Shown: positions 37,732 through 48,220, counted from the first letter of the stretch. The stretch: DNA of 64,000 nucleotides from an uncultured Thermoleophilia bacterium (GCA_963702475.1 CAVPCT010000009.1:306008-370007); one strand, 5' to 3'. Notes: generated by a model from the letters alone, not told the origin. A program made the numbers and translations.

Positions 37732-39576
37732 ATGGAGCAGTCACGGACCCGACCTTCGACCCACGGCGCACACTGGCCCATCCTTCTCCTGCTGCTCGCA
37801 ACGGTCGTGCTGCTGGCCGCCAGCGTAGCGGTCGCGGCCGGCGGCGCGAGCGCGCCCGCCGTGTCGGCGTCGCCGCACAGCACCCAGACTCCCGTACCCC
37901 GCGGTTCGGCGATCAAGCTCTGGGACATCATGAACGTGTACGCCGTCGACAACGGCGGCGTGTCACCGACGGTCCAACTGAACGACGACTACTTCATCAC
38001 CGAGATCTGGACCTACCACTGGAACTACGGGCACGGGGCCCAACCGGGCACCATCTCGCTGAGGACGCTCTACGGCTACGACTTCGGACCGTGGGACGCC
38101 ACGACCACCCCGGGGCAGGGAGGCGTTCGCAACGCCAACTGGGTCGTGAAGCCGATGCAGGTCATCCCGGCCGGTGCGTACTACGTCATCGACTCGGACC
38201 CGTCGACCTGGTCGCAGAACTCCGCCACCGGCCACCAGGGCATGACCTGGGCCTACGGTACCCTGGCCACGTCCAGCCCGAGCCCGTCGCCCACGACGTC
38301 CCCGAGCCCGACGCCGACCCCCACCCCGACACACTCCCCCTCCCCCACTCCGACACCTACGCAGACGCCGACCCCCACCCCGACACCGACGACCAGTCCA
38401 TCGCCGGTCGACCCCACGACGGGCTGGACCACGCAGCCGTCGGGGACGACCTCGACACTGCACGGCACCGCCGCCACGGACACGTCGCATAGCTGGGCAG
38501 TGGGCGATGGAGGCACCATCGTCACGACGAGCAACGGCGGGCAGACATGGGCCGACCAGGACTCGGGGACGACTGCCAGCCTGCGCGACGTCTTCTTCCT
38601 CGGCGGCGGCTCGGCACAGGCCAAGGGCATCTCCGCGAGCCGCGGCTGGGCGGTCGGCGACGGCGGCACGATCCTGGCGACCCAGAACGGCGGGGCGAGC
38701 TGGGCCAAGCAGCAGTCCGGCACCACATCCGACCTCCTCGGAGTGACCTTCACCGACGCCCAGCGGGGCTATGCGGTCGGCACCAACGGAGCCATCCTCG
38801 TGACCATGAACGGTGGCACCAGCTGGACCACACGCCCGAGCCCCGGTGCCGTGACGCTGACCGACGTCACGTTCGCCGATGCCATGCGCGGCTGGGCGGT
38901 CGGTTCCGGCGGGACGATCCTCTCCACGCCGAACGCCGGCGCCACGTGGACGCAGCAGACTTCGGGCAGCGGCGTCCAGCTCACCTCCGTCAGCTTCGCG
39001 AACGGCACCAACGGCTGGGCGGCGGGTGCCGGCGGCACTATCCTCTCCACGACGAACGGCGGTACCACCTGGCTGCCGCAGGCCGTGGGCGCCGGTGGCA
39101 TCGACCTCAACGCGATCGCCTTCGTCGACGCGCAGCGCGGCTTTGCCGTCGGGGCCGGCGGCAACGTCCTGACGACCCAGAACGGCGGCATCACCTGGGC
39201 CGTGAAGAAGCTGCTCGCCGACCGGGCGCTCCTCGGCCTCGTCTTCCCCTCCCTCATGAAGGGGTGGGTGGTCGGTCAGCGCGGCACCATCCTCTTCACC
39301 GACACCGGGGGGATGCCGCCAAGGCCGATCGTCTCATCACTGAAGCCGGCGTCCGGCAAGCGCAAGGCGGTGGTGACCGTCAACGGGGCCAACTTCGGAG
39401 CAGCGCGCGGTACGAGCTACGTACGCTTCGGGTCGGCGAAGTGCTCGTCGTACCTCATCTGGACGCAGACCAAGATCATCTGCAAGGTGCCTGCGAAGGC
39501 GAAGAAGGGCAAGGTGCAGGTCGCCGTGACGACGGTCCTGGGCCGCAGCAACGCCAAGTCGTTCAAGGTGAAGTGA
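37732..39576 (+). CDS. Secreted protein: unknown N-terminal domain, Pro/Thr linker, YCF48/BNR-like beta-propeller, C-terminal IPT/TIG domain
   Basis: Signal peptide; repeated GWAVG..GTI..T.NGG..W; PIVSSLKPASG...VTVNGANFG Ig-like end. Confidence 0.88.
   Translation: MEQSRTRPSTHGAHWPILLLLLATVVLLAASVAVAAGGASAPAVSASPHSTQTPVPRGSAIKLWDIMNVYAVDNGGVSPTVQLNDDYFITEIWTYHWNYGHGAQPGTISLRTLYGYDFGPWDATTTPGQGGVRNANWVVKPMQVIPAGAYYVIDSDPSTWSQNSATGHQGMTWAYGTLATSSPSPSPTTSPSPTPTPTPTHSPSPTPTPTQTPTPTPTPTTSPSPVDPTTGWTTQPSGTTSTLHGTAATDTSHSWAVGDGGTIVTTSNGGQTWADQDSGTTASLRDVFFLGGGSAQAKGISASRGWAVGDGGTILATQNGGASWAKQQSGTTSDLLGVTFTDAQRGYAVGTNGAILVTMNGGTSWTTRPSPGAVTLTDVTFADAMRGWAVGSGGTILSTPNAGATWTQQTSGSGVQLTSVSFANGTNGWAAGAGGTILSTTNGGTTWLPQAVGAGGIDLNAIAFVDAQRGFAVGAGGNVLTTQNGGITWAVKKLLADRALLGLVFPSLMKGWVVGQRGTILFTDTGGMPPRPIVSSLKPASGKRKAVVTVNGANFGAARGTSYVRFGSAKCSSYLIWTQTKIICKVPAKAKKGKVQVAVTTVLGRSNAKSFKVK
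38268..38410 (+). repeat. Pro/Thr/Ser low-complexity linker repeat
   Basis: SPSPSPTTSPSPTPTPTPTHSPSPTPTPTQTPTPTPTPTTSPSP. Confidence 0.85.
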
Positions 39577-39602
39577 CGAGGACTGGACGACAGAACCGAC
39601 CC

Positions 39603-40481
39603 ATGCAACACCCGCGGATCATCCGCGTCTGGTGCTTCGGCGACAGCACCTCCGACAACGGCGCCGCACACCGCCTGACGACCGCGCTGGTCCGGAGGCT
39701 TGGGGCGTCGCCTGAGGCTACGGTCCTGGCGGCGCCGCCTGCGTACCCCAGCGGCCGCTTCACCAACGGCCCCACTGCTGTGGAAGTGCTGGCCGCGGAA
39801 CTCGGCGCCGCCCTGCACGACTTCGCCGTGGGCGGCGCCCTGAGCGGCTACGGCAACTACTACGCCTGGATCGACCACTTCGAACAGACCGGCCTCCTCG
39901 CCCAGGTGGACGCCTTCACGGCCCGGCTCGCGGGAGCAACCGCGGATCCACACGCGCTCTACGTCGTCCAGCTCGCCGGCAACGACTACGCCGCCTGGGC
40001 CGACGGCGTGCTCGCCGGACCGGCGACTGTGGACGATGTGGCGCGGGCGATGGCCGCCAACGAGTGCGAAGCCGTGCGCCGGCTGACCCTGGCGGGGGCC
40101 CGGCGCCTCCTGGTGATCGGCCCGAAGCTCGTCTCCATCTGCCCGTGGGAGGTGACCGCCGGCCGCACTGGCCTCGCCGGCGGCTTCACGTACGCCCTCA
40201 ACGGACTCCTCCCTGCCGAGCTGGACAGGCTGCACTCCCAGCTCGGGGTGGAGGTCGTCTACTTCGACCTCGTGTCTGCCTGGCGCCGGCTTCGCGTCGC
40301 GGCCAGCTCGTACGGGCTCACCGAGCTGGACCGCCCGTTCATCCGCACCTACCCGGAGTACGTTCCGGGCGTGGGCGACCCCGACACCTACTTCTTCTGG
40401 GACGAGTCCCACGCGACGGCCGCCGTGCACCGCGTGCTCGGCGAGCACCTGGCGGCGAGCCTGCCGCGGGACTGGCGGTAG
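39603..40481 (+). CDS. SGNH/GDSL-family hydrolase
   Basis: FGDSTSDNG, GRFTNGP, DFAVGGA, GNDY, FFWDESHAT. Confidence 0.9.
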   Translation: MQHPRIIRVWCFGDSTSDNGAAHRLTTALVRRLGASPEATVLAAPPAYPSGRFTNGPTAVEVLAAELGAALHDFAVGGALSGYGNYYAWIDHFEQTGLLAQVDAFTARLAGATADPHALYVVQLAGNDYAAWADGVLAGPATVDDVARAMAANECEAVRRLTLAGARRLLVIGPKLVSICPWEVTAGRTGLAGGFTYALNGLLPAELDRLHSQLGVEVVYFDLVSAWRRLRVAASSYGLTELDRPFIRTYPEYVPGVGDPDTYFFWDESHATAAVHRVLGEHLAASLPRDWR

Positions 40482-40603
40482 CGCCGCGGCCAATGCGCCG
40501 CCCGCAGCGGCGCTTCTGCCGCCCGCGCCGTGCGGCGCTTCGGCCGCATCCCGCCGGCACGGCGAGCCGGCCGCCGGCCCTGTGGTAGAATGCCCGCTAC
40601 GGT

Positions 40604-40681
40604 CGGCGTGTGGCGCAGCCTGGTTAGCGCACTAGTCTGGGGGACTAGGGGTCGCCAGTTCAAATCTGGCCACGCCGACCA
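40604..40681 (+). tRNA. tRNA-Pro(GGG)
   Basis: CGGCGTG acceptor stem, anticodon arm CTAGT-CTGGGGG-ACTAG, TTCAAAT T-loop, encoded CCA; extended -10 TGGTAGAAT upstream. Confidence 0.95.
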
Positions 40682-41067
40682 TTACCTTTTCCCTGCACAC
40701 GGCCGCTTGCCGCTTGGTCGGTTCGGCCGTCGTCGGCCCCGTCACAGGCCCGAATGCTCCGGTTTCCGCCGCCGCTCTGCCGCCAGGCCATTCCCTGCCG
40801 CCGCGCGCCTGCTCGCGTGCAGTAGGGCAAGGTGCAGTATCGACGCGATCGACGCATGCACCACCAGAAGGACCGGCGGCGCGAGCCCCCGCTGCGCGCC
40901 GCCGGTCATAGGTGGACCCAGTGTGAGTGCGTCCGTGCTGCCTGTATCGGAGCGGACGGCGCGCGCCACATGGAACAACCGTCTATGCCGTCGATGGTTC
41001 CACCCGGACGATCCGAGGGCTTGCGACCGCGCTGGACGGGGCGCCTCTCCCCCACGTCGCGCCCGGA

Positions 41068-41385
41068 TCAGGCGTTCCTGCGGGCGCTGACTGCGTAGCT
41101 GTGCGCTTCTTGACCGGGGCGCCGTCGCGGCGCTTGTCGAGCAGCGGCGCCACGTGCTGCCCGGCCGCCCACAGCGGCAGGAGCACCGCCTCGCGAAGCC
41201 GCCGGGCCCGCGGCCTGCCGTCCAGGAACCGCCGCGTGCGGTAGTTGAACTGAGAACTGCGGTCGTGCAGTACCCGCCGAGCGGTGCGACCGACGGCACC
41301 TCGAAGCCGACCTTGCCGAGCAGGTACCGCAGGCCGAACGGCGTGTGACGGAAGTAGCCCGTCGGTCCCGGGGCCGCCCGTGCAC
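41068..41385 (-). pseudogene. Frameshifted C-terminal fragment of a class I SAM-dependent methyltransferase
   Basis: Switching frames gives YFRHTPFGLRYLLGKVGFEV.SVAPLGG...FNY...LLPLWAAGQHVAPLLDK; no N-terminal SAM-binding part. Confidence 0.5.
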
Positions 41386-41386
41386 C

Positions 41387-41620
41387 TCAGCAGCTGAAGA
41401 TCCAACTCACCAGGAGCACCGCGAGCACGGCGACCACGGCCCAGGAGAAGCAACCCAGACAGCCGTCGAAGAGGGTGTGGGCCCGCCCGCGCTCAGCGGG
41501 AGGCTGCTGCAGCTGGATGGTGGCGTGCTGCTCGGGCGGCTGCCCCAACCGGTGCCCGCAGGCGCCGCAGTACCTGGCGTTCGGCGGCGCCGGGACTCCA
41601 CACCTCTCACAGGCGGCCAC
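41387..41620 (-). CDS. Small zinc-ribbon membrane protein
   Basis: CERCG...ARYCGACG plus C-terminal TM; AGGGAGG RBS. Confidence 0.7.
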   Translation of the reverse strand: MAACERCGVPAPPNARYCGACGHRLGQPPEQHATIQLQQPPAERGRAHTLFDGCLGCFSWAVVAVLAVLLVSWIFSC

Positions 41621-41779
41621 TGCGCCCTCCCTTGGCTCCCTCGTCTCACGTCGAGAGTAGCCCGGGGGGAGGACGGAAACGCGGTGTGACGCGCATCGTG
41701 ACCGGCAGGCGTCGAGAGACGCGGCCACGGCGCTCGACAGCTGGCCGGTGGCGGTGGCACCGGCCGGGAGACTACGAGG

Positions 41780-42178
41780 TCAGAAGCCGACGGCCGCGGG
41801 CCGCCGCACCACACTCATGTCGTGCAGGCGCTTGAGCGACTCACCGAGGTCGTCGGGTACAGGCTGATCGCGGAGCAGGATGCCGTACAGCTGGTCGGCC
41901 AGCGCCGGATCCCCGTCGAGCACCTCGGCCACCTGACGCAGGCGGTACTCCACGAAGAAGTCCGGCTCGACCAGCAGGGCCTCGGCGATGACCTCGATCA
42001 CGGGGTCGGACGGCACCGGACGCGTCCCCTTGGTCAGATGGTTCAGATACCCCGCCGACAGCTTCGTCTTGTACGCCAGCTGTCTGTAGCTGAGGTGACG
42101 TTCCTCCATCAGGCCCTTCAACGCGTCCGGAAAGCGCTCCTGCGAGAACCGGTTCCTGGCTATGGGTGTCATGTACAT
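41780..42178 (-). CDS. XRE-family helix-turn-helix regulator
   Basis: FPDALKGLMEERHLSYRQLAYKTKLSAGYLNHLTKG.RPVPS. Confidence 0.85.
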   Translation of the reverse strand: MYMTPIARNRFSQERFPDALKGLMEERHLSYRQLAYKTKLSAGYLNHLTKGTRPVPSDPVIEVIAEALLVEPDFFVEYRLRQVAEVLDGDPALADQLYGILLRDQPVPDDLGESLKRLHDMSVVRRPAAVGF

Positions 42179-42447
42179 GGCACACATGTCCTCTTTGGTA
42201 TCGCCGTTAGCCGCTGATACTTGAGGGGCAAGTGTGCCCTCGTTGTCCGGGAAGCTTACAGGTATGACGCAGGGCGTAGCCTGACGGTGCCGGGGACCTT
42301 TCTCCCTCGGCGACGACACCCGGACGGAACGCCTGCGGGCCTACGACGGCCCGGCGCCGGAACACGAGGCGTGCGCTGGTGAGTCCGGGGATGTGCTCTC
42401 CGTGCGTCGTCCGCCGACTCGTGTGCCGCCTCGCCCCCGCGACGCGT

Positions 42448-44202
42448 TCAGGTACAGCAGAGAAGCTCGCGCAACGCCGCGACGATGTCGGCCACGGCTA
42501 CGTCGCGGCGCTCGCCGCTCGCCCGGTCCTTGACCTCCACGATGCCCTCCGGCGCGCGCTTGCCCACCACGACCTGCACCGGGCAGCCCAGCAGGTCGGC
42601 GTCCTTGAACTTGATGCCGGGGCTCATGTCGCGATCGTCGTAAAGGACGTCGAGTCCGGCCGCCGGCAGCTCGGCGTACAGGCTGTCGGCGAGGCCGCGC
42701 TGCACGTGGTCGGAGGCGCGCACGAGCACGAGATGGACGTCGAACGGCGTGATGGCCGGCGGCCAGATGATGCCGTTGTCGTCGTGGTGCTGCTCGATGG
42801 CGGCGGCGGCGATACGGGCCAGGCCGATGCCGTAGCTGCCCATGACGATGGGCCGCTCCTTGCCCTCCTCGTCCAGGAACTGCGCGTGCATGTGCTCCGA
42901 GTACTTGGTGCCGAGCTGGAAGATGTTGCCGACCTCGATGACGCGGGCCCCCTCGAGGTCGCCGGCGCAGCGCGGGCACGGGTCGCCGGCGCGCGCCATG
43001 CGCAGATCGGCGAACGTGGCCTGTGGGAAGAGCGCCGAGCTCACCCCGGTGCGGTGGTGGTCCTTCTTGTTGGCGCCGGCCACGTAGTAGCCTGTCTGGA
43101 GGACCTCGTCGGCAAAGACGGGCAGCGGCGTTGGCTCGGGGCCGACGTAGCCGGCCTCGACGCCCTGCGCCTCGAGGACCTCCTCGGCCGTCGCAAGGCG
43201 GAACTCGGCGCCCAGCGCCTTGCGGAGCTTGAGGTCACCGAGCTCGTGGTCGCCACGCAGCAGCACGAGCACCTGCGTGCCGGCCTTGGGACCGCTCTCG
43301 ACGGTGACGACCAGCGACTTGAGGAAGGCGCGCGCGGGCAGGCCGAGGAAGGCGGTGACCTGCTCGATAGTGCGCGTACCGGGAGTGTGCTTCACCTCGT
43401 CGACCAGCAGGTTGACCACGCCGGTGGGCGATGCGGCGGAGTCGGTGCCCGGCTCCAGCTCACTGTGCGGCGGCTCGCGGTCGGCGCCGGCGAGAGCCGT
43501 CTCCACGTTGGACGCGTAGCCGCACTCGCGGCAGAAGACGATCTCGTCCTCGCCGGCGTCGGCGAAGGCCATGTACTCGTGGCTGACGGCGCCGCCCATC
43601 ATGCCGGAATCGCCCTCGACCATCATGGCGTCGACGCCGCAGCGGCCGTAGATGCGGTCGTAGGCGACGATGTGCTTGCGGTAGCTCTCCTGCAGGGCGT
43701 CGTAGCTCACGTCGAGGCTGTAGGAGTCCTTCATGATGAACTCGCGGGTGCGCAGCACGCCGCTCTTGGGGCGAGCCTCGTCGCGCTCCTTGGTCTGGAT
43801 GTGGTACCAGAGCTGGGGGAGCTGCTTGTAGCTGTGGATCTCGCGCGCGGCCAGCCAGGTGATGACCTCCTCGTGGGTCATCGCGAGGGCCATGTCGGCG
43901 CCCTTGCGGTCTTTGAAGCGGAAGAGCTCGTCGCCGATGGCGTCCCAGCGGCCGGACTCCTGCCAGATGTCCGCCGGGTTGATGACCGGCATGAGCATCT
44001 CCTGGCAGCCGATGGCGTCCATCTCCTCGCGGATGATGGCAGCGATCCTCTGCATGACGCGCCAGCCGGCCGGCAGGTACACGTAGATGCCCGCCGAGAG
44101 CTGGCGCACGAGGCCGGCGCGGACCATCAGCTTGTGGCTGACGGCCTCCGCGCCGGCCGGATCCTCTTTGACGGTCGGCAACAGCAGCTGACTGGCGCGC
44201 AT
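42448..44202 (-). CDS. proS: Proline--tRNA ligase
   Basis: SHKLMVRAG, THEEV, DEARPKSG.LRTREFIMKDSYS, EVGNIFQLGTKYS, MGSYGIG. Confidence 0.97.
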   Translation of the reverse strand: MRASQLLLPTVKEDPAGAEAVSHKLMVRAGLVRQLSAGIYVYLPAGWRVMQRIAAIIREEMDAIGCQEMLMPVINPADIWQESGRWDAIGDELFRFKDRKGADMALAMTHEEVITWLAAREIHSYKQLPQLWYHIQTKERDEARPKSGVLRTREFIMKDSYSLDVSYDALQESYRKHIVAYDRIYGRCGVDAMMVEGDSGMMGGAVSHEYMAFADAGEDEIVFCRECGYASNVETALAGADREPPHSELEPGTDSAASPTGVVNLLVDEVKHTPGTRTIEQVTAFLGLPARAFLKSLVVTVESGPKAGTQVLVLLRGDHELGDLKLRKALGAEFRLATAEEVLEAQGVEAGYVGPEPTPLPVFADEVLQTGYYVAGANKKDHHRTGVSSALFPQATFADLRMARAGDPCPRCAGDLEGARVIEVGNIFQLGTKYSEHMHAQFLDEEGKERPIVMGSYGIGLARIAAAAIEQHHDDNGIIWPPAITPFDVHLVLVRASDHVQRGLADSLYAELPAAGLDVLYDDRDMSPGIKFKDADLLGCPVQVVVGKRAPEGIVEVKDRASGERRDVAVADIVAALRELLCCT

Positions 44203-44321
44203 GGGACCTCGCGATGATGGCCGGTGGACGGGACCGCCGCAGCGGGCCTCTATGCTACCAAACGGCGGACGGCCGCCGGAGCCCGCAGGGGCGGCGGCAC
44301 GGCGGGTCCGCCGCCTCTCCC

Positions 44322-45491
44322 CTACTCCCGGTGGTTGCGGACCGGGAACCCCTCCGCCGTGAGGTAGTCGTCGCGGCGCGCCTGCACGAGGTCCTCAGCG
44401 AGCATCTCGCGCACGAGCCCGGGGAAGGTCACGGCGGCCCGCCAGCCCAGCCGCTCGAAGGCCTTGGTGGGATCCCCGAGAAGGGTGCTCACTTCCGTCG
44501 GACGGTAGTACCGCGGGTCGACCCTGACGACGACCGACCCCGGCAGCACCGGCCCCTCGCCGTCCGCAGGGGCCCGTCCATCGCCGTGGCCGTGGCGGGC
44601 GGCGGTCAGCCGGCGCAGGTCAACGGTGTCGGCGACGCCGGCCTCCTCCTCCCCGCTCCCCTCCCAGCGAATGCGCACTCCGACCTCGGCGAACGCAAGC
44701 TCGGCGAACTCGCGCACGCTGTGCTGCTCACCGGTGGCGATGACGTAGTCGTCCGGCACGTCCTGCTGCAGCATGAGGTGCATCGCACATACGTAGTCGC
44801 GGGCGTGACCCCAGTCACGCAGCGAGTCGAGGTTGCCGAGCCAGAGCTGCTGCTCGAGACCGAGGGCGATACGGGCCACTGCCCGCGTGATCTTGCGCGT
44901 CACGAACGTCTCGCCACGGACGGGGCTCTCGTGATTGAACAGGATGCCGTTGCTGGCGTGCATTCCATAGGCTTCGCGGTAGTTCACGGTGATCCAGTAC
45001 CCGTAGACCTTGGCGGCGCCGTAGGGGCTGCGCGGGTAGAAGGGCGTGGTCTCCCGCTGCGGGACCTCCTGCACCAGCCCGAACATCTCGCTGGTGGAGG
45101 CCTGGTAGAACCGGACCTTCTTCGCCAGATCGAGGATGCGGATGGCCTCGAGCAGGCGCAGCGTACCCAGGGCATCGCTGTTGGCCGTGTACTCGGGCGT
45201 CTCGAAGCTCACCTGCACGTGACTCTGGGCGGCGAGGTTGTAGATCTCGTCGGGCTGCGTCTCCTGGATGATGCGGATGAGGTTGGTGGCGTCGGTCATG
45301 TCGCCGTAGTGCATGAAGAAGCGGCCACCGGGCACGTGCGGGTCCTGGTACAGGTGGTCCACACGGTCGGTGTTGAACGAGCTGGCCCGGCGCTTGATGC
45401 CGTGCACCAGGTAGTCCCGGTCGAGCAGGTACTCGGCCAGGTAGGCGCCGTCCTGGCCGGTGACGCCGGTGATGAGTGCCGTCTTCGTCAT
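44322..45491 (-). CDS. gmd: GDP-mannose 4,6-dehydratase
   Basis: [53 protein letters not shown]. Confidence 0.96.
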   Translation of the reverse strand: MTKTALITGVTGQDGAYLAEYLLDRDYLVHGIKRRASSFNTDRVDHLYQDPHVPGGRFFMHYGDMTDATNLIRIIQETQPDEIYNLAAQSHVQVSFETPEYTANSDALGTLRLLEAIRILDLAKKVRFYQASTSEMFGLVQEVPQRETTPFYPRSPYGAAKVYGYWITVNYREAYGMHASNGILFNHESPVRGETFVTRKITRAVARIALGLEQQLWLGNLDSLRDWGHARDYVCAMHLMLQQDVPDDYVIATGEQHSVREFAELAFAEVGVRIRWEGSGEEEAGVADTVDLRRLTAARHGHGDGRAPADGEGPVLPGSVVVRVDPRYYRPTEVSTLLGDPTKAFERLGWRAAVTFPGLVREMLAEDLVQARRDDYLTAEGFPVRNHRE

Positions 45492-45536
45492 GTCCCCCCC
45501 AGGGCGCGGCCGGCGCCTGTTGTCAGTGCCCGCCTG

Positions 45537-45791
45537 TCACAGCTCGCCGTCGACCAGCTCGGGATGCCGGCTCAGCCAGTCCAGCACGGCGTCGCGCACG
45601 CGCAGGATGTCGGCGGTGCGATGGGCGCAGATGTCGTAGAGCTCGGCGGTCGTGACCTCGTCGACGTCACGTGGATCAGCCTGGAACGCGTCGAGGCTCT
45701 GGAGCGGAAGCCCGTCGAGACCGCGGACCAGGTCTGTGACGAGAGCCGACTTGTGGAGCACGATGGCCGCGCGGACCTTGGCAGGGCTCAT
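45537..45791 (-). pseudogene. HepT-like (DUF86/HEPN) toxin with internal deletion of the catalytic region
   Basis: N-terminus (MSPAKVR...LPLQSLDAFQADPRD) joins directly to the C-terminus (DEVTTAELYDICAH); no R-x4-H motif; only 84 aa; coupled to the MNT gene. Confidence 0.65.
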
Positions 45792-46216
45792 AGCTCCGTC
45801 CCGACCTTGTCGCGCCATTGCTCGCGGAGGAAGGGCACCAGGTCTGCCGCTCTGCGCACGTAGTACAACTGGACCTCTGCTTCGGCGTCGAGGTCGGTGG
45901 CCAGGAGCAGCTCGCCGCGCACGACGTCGGCGGCGAGGAACGCCTCTGCCTCCGGCAGGATGACGAGGTCCACGCGGTCGACCCCGAGCAGATCCTCGAG
46001 GCGCTGCATGATACGCACGCGGTCCCGGGCGGAGAGCACGTGGCCGCGCTGGGGCTCGACGCCGACGTCTACATCGGAGTACGGGTGGGCGGCCGGCGCA
46101 GGGTCGCCGCCCAGGCGCGCAGCGATCTCCTTGCCCCGGCTCCCGAACGCATAGACGGCCAGGAGCCCGTACTCGCCGACGAGCTCCTGGAGGCCGCTCT
46201 GGAGTCTCTCGTCCAT
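45788..46216 (-). CDS. Minimal nucleotidyltransferase antitoxin (MntA-like)
   Basis: VYAFGSR...SDVDVGV...VDLVIL. Confidence 0.88.
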   Translation of the reverse strand: MDERLQSGLQELVGEYGLLAVYAFGSRGKEIAARLGGDPAPAAHPYSDVDVGVEPQRGHVLSARDRVRIMQRLEDLLGVDRVDLVILPEAEAFLAADVVRGELLLATDLDAEAEVQLYYVRRAADLVPFLREQWRDKVGTEL

Positions 46217-46340
46217 GGGCCCATTATGGCACTCGTGCCTCCCTGCGGGCACGGTGCATCGGCCTGCAGGAACGAGGGCGGGTCAACGTACACGTCGTCG
46301 TGCATCGTTCACGCTGTGAGCTCGAGCCGGAGATGAGAGC

Positions 46341-46562
46341 ATGAGCGACGTTGTGGCGATGAGATTCCCCGCAGAGACCATCGCCGAGCTGGACGCGGTG
46401 GCGCGTGCCCGCAGGCGCACGCGCGCCGAGATCGTGCGTGAGGCGGTCGACGTCTGCTTGGCGCGGTGGGCCGACTACGCGATAGCGCTGGACCGCCTGC
46501 GCGACCCCACCGACGAGGTCGTGGACTCCGACGCCTTCTGGCGAGAGGTCGAGGGTGAGTGA
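46341..46562 (+). CDS. Ribbon-helix-helix antitoxin (RelB/CopG-like)
   Basis: VAMRFPAETIAELDAVA....RTRAEIVREAV; overlaps the toxin start. Confidence 0.82.
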   Translation: MSDVVAMRFPAETIAELDAVARARRRTRAEIVREAVDVCLARWADYAIALDRLRDPTDEVVDSDAFWREVEGE

Positions 46563-46842
46563 GCGCCGGTACGCGGTCCGCTTCAAGCGATCGGTGGCGC
46601 ACGACCTGAGGCGCCTTGACACGGCCGCGCGGCGCCTCGTGCGCGCTGCTATCCACGAGCGCCTGGCCGTCGACCCCCGTTGCGGCAGGCGGCTCTCCGG
46701 TCTCCGCGAGAGCGGCACCAATCGACCGTTGTGGAGCCTGCGGGTCAACGACTACCGGGTCGTCTCTGTGTTCAGCGACGAAGAGGTGTGGATGCTCGGC
46801 GTGCGCGTCGGCCATCGCCGCGGCGCGTGCGACCGACTCTGA
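46555..46842 (+). CDS. RelE/ParE-family toxin
   Basis: YAVRF...V.HDLRRL, GRRLSG, WSLRVNDYRVV, VRVGHRR. Confidence 0.85.
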   Translation: MSERRYAVRFKRSVAHDLRRLDTAARRLVRAAIHERLAVDPRCGRRLSGLRESGTNRPLWSLRVNDYRVVSVFSDEEVWMLGVRVGHRRGACDRL

Positions 46843-46870
46843 AGCGCGGCGGGCACGCAGGGCGTGCGCG

Positions 46871-47860
46871 TCAGGCCTTGTTCTCGAGGTACCAGTCGTA
46901 GGCCAGGCGGATGCCGTCTTCGAGCCCTACCCTGGGCTTCCAGCCCAGGCCGCGCAAGCGGCTCACGTCCATGAGCTTGCGCGGCGTGCCGTCAGGTTTG
47001 GCAGCGTCCCACTCCACCGGGCCGTCGTAGCCGACCACCTGTTGTACGAGAACGGCGAGGTCGCGGATGGCGAGATCCTCACCGCAGCCCACATTGAGCA
47101 TGCCGTCGGGCACGTCGGCGGCGTGCACGCGCTCCAGGCAGAACACCACGGCGCGGCCGACGTCGTCCACGTAGAGGAACTCGCGCAGCGGCGCGCCGGT
47201 GCCCCACAGCCGCACCGGGACGGCGCCGTCGGCGCGCGCTGCATCCGCGCCGCGGCCGCCGGACAGGGCGACCTTGCCCTCATGGAACCTGCGGATGAGG
47301 GCCGGCAGCACGTGGCTGGTGGTGAGGTCGTAGTTGTCGCTCGGCCCGTACAGGTTGGTGGGCATCAGCGAGAGGTAGTCGCGCCCGTACTCCCGGTTCA
47401 GGCTCCGGCACAGCTCGATGCCGGCGATCTTGGCTACGGCATAGGCGCGATTGGTCTCCTCCAGAGAGCCCGTGAGCAGGTACTCCTCACGCAGCGGCTG
47501 CGGCGCCTCGCGCGGGTAGATGCACGAGCTGCCGAGGAAGATGAGCTTCTGCACGCCGGCGGCGTGGGCCTCGCCGATGACGTTGGTCTCGATCTGGAGG
47601 TTCTGGTAGATGAACTCCCAGGGCTGCTCCCAGTTGGCGAGGATGCCACCGACCTTGGCCGCGGCGATGATGACGACCTCCGGGCGCTCTTCATGGAAGA
47701 AGCGGCGCGTGGCGCGCTGGTCGGTGAGGTCGAGCTCGTGGAGCTCACGGCACACGAGCTGCTCGTACCCGGCCTCGTGCAGGGCGCGGAGGATCGCGCT
47801 GCCCACGAGGCCGGTGTGGCCTGCCAGGTAGATGCGGGCTCGCCGGGAGGGCGCGTTCAT
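46871..47860 (-). CDS. fcl: GDP-L-fucose synthase
   Basis: IYLAGHTGLVGSA, AAAKVGGI.AN, FLGSSCIYP, YAVAKIAG, MPTNLYGP.DN, WGTG.PLREFL, KPDGTPRK. Confidence 0.96.
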   Translation of the reverse strand: MNAPSRRARIYLAGHTGLVGSAILRALHEAGYEQLVCRELHELDLTDQRATRRFFHEERPEVVIIAAAKVGGILANWEQPWEFIYQNLQIETNVIGEAHAAGVQKLIFLGSSCIYPREAPQPLREEYLLTGSLEETNRAYAVAKIAGIELCRSLNREYGRDYLSLMPTNLYGPSDNYDLTTSHVLPALIRRFHEGKVALSGGRGADAARADGAVPVRLWGTGAPLREFLYVDDVGRAVVFCLERVHAADVPDGMLNVGCGEDLAIRDLAVLVQQVVGYDGPVEWDAAKPDGTPRKLMDVSRLRGLGWKPRVGLEDGIRLAYDWYLENKA

Positions 47861-48058
47861 GTCGCCGAGTGTATCAGGCGCGTGGGGGGCCGCAGGGCCC
47901 AGGCTTTGACTGCGGCAGGAGGCCGAGCGCCAGCAGGTGCAGCGAACAGCCTGCAACCGTACTGGTAGCAGCGGGCCGCCCACCCCCAGGACAGCCACGC
48001 GGCGCGCGAAGTGCCCCCGCGCAGGCTGGGGCCGGCGCCCGCCCTGCCGGAGCGGCGG

Positions 48059-48220
48059 TCAGCCTCCCAGGCCCGCGGCCGGGAGGGTCACGAGGAAGAC
48101 GAGCAGCACAGCGAATCCCACCACGAGCGCCGACCCCAGAGCGAACAGCAGGGCCAGCACGCTCATGTCACGGGTTGCGGCTTCGACTTGGACCTTCGGC
48201 GGATGATGCAGTGCGTTCAT
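48059..48220 (-). CDS. Small membrane peptide (tentative)
   Basis: ATG after AGGAGA RBS; single hydrophobic helix. Confidence 0.35.
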   Translation of the reverse strand: MNALHHPPKVQVEAATRDMSVLALLFALGSALVVGFAVLLVFLVTLPAAGLGG

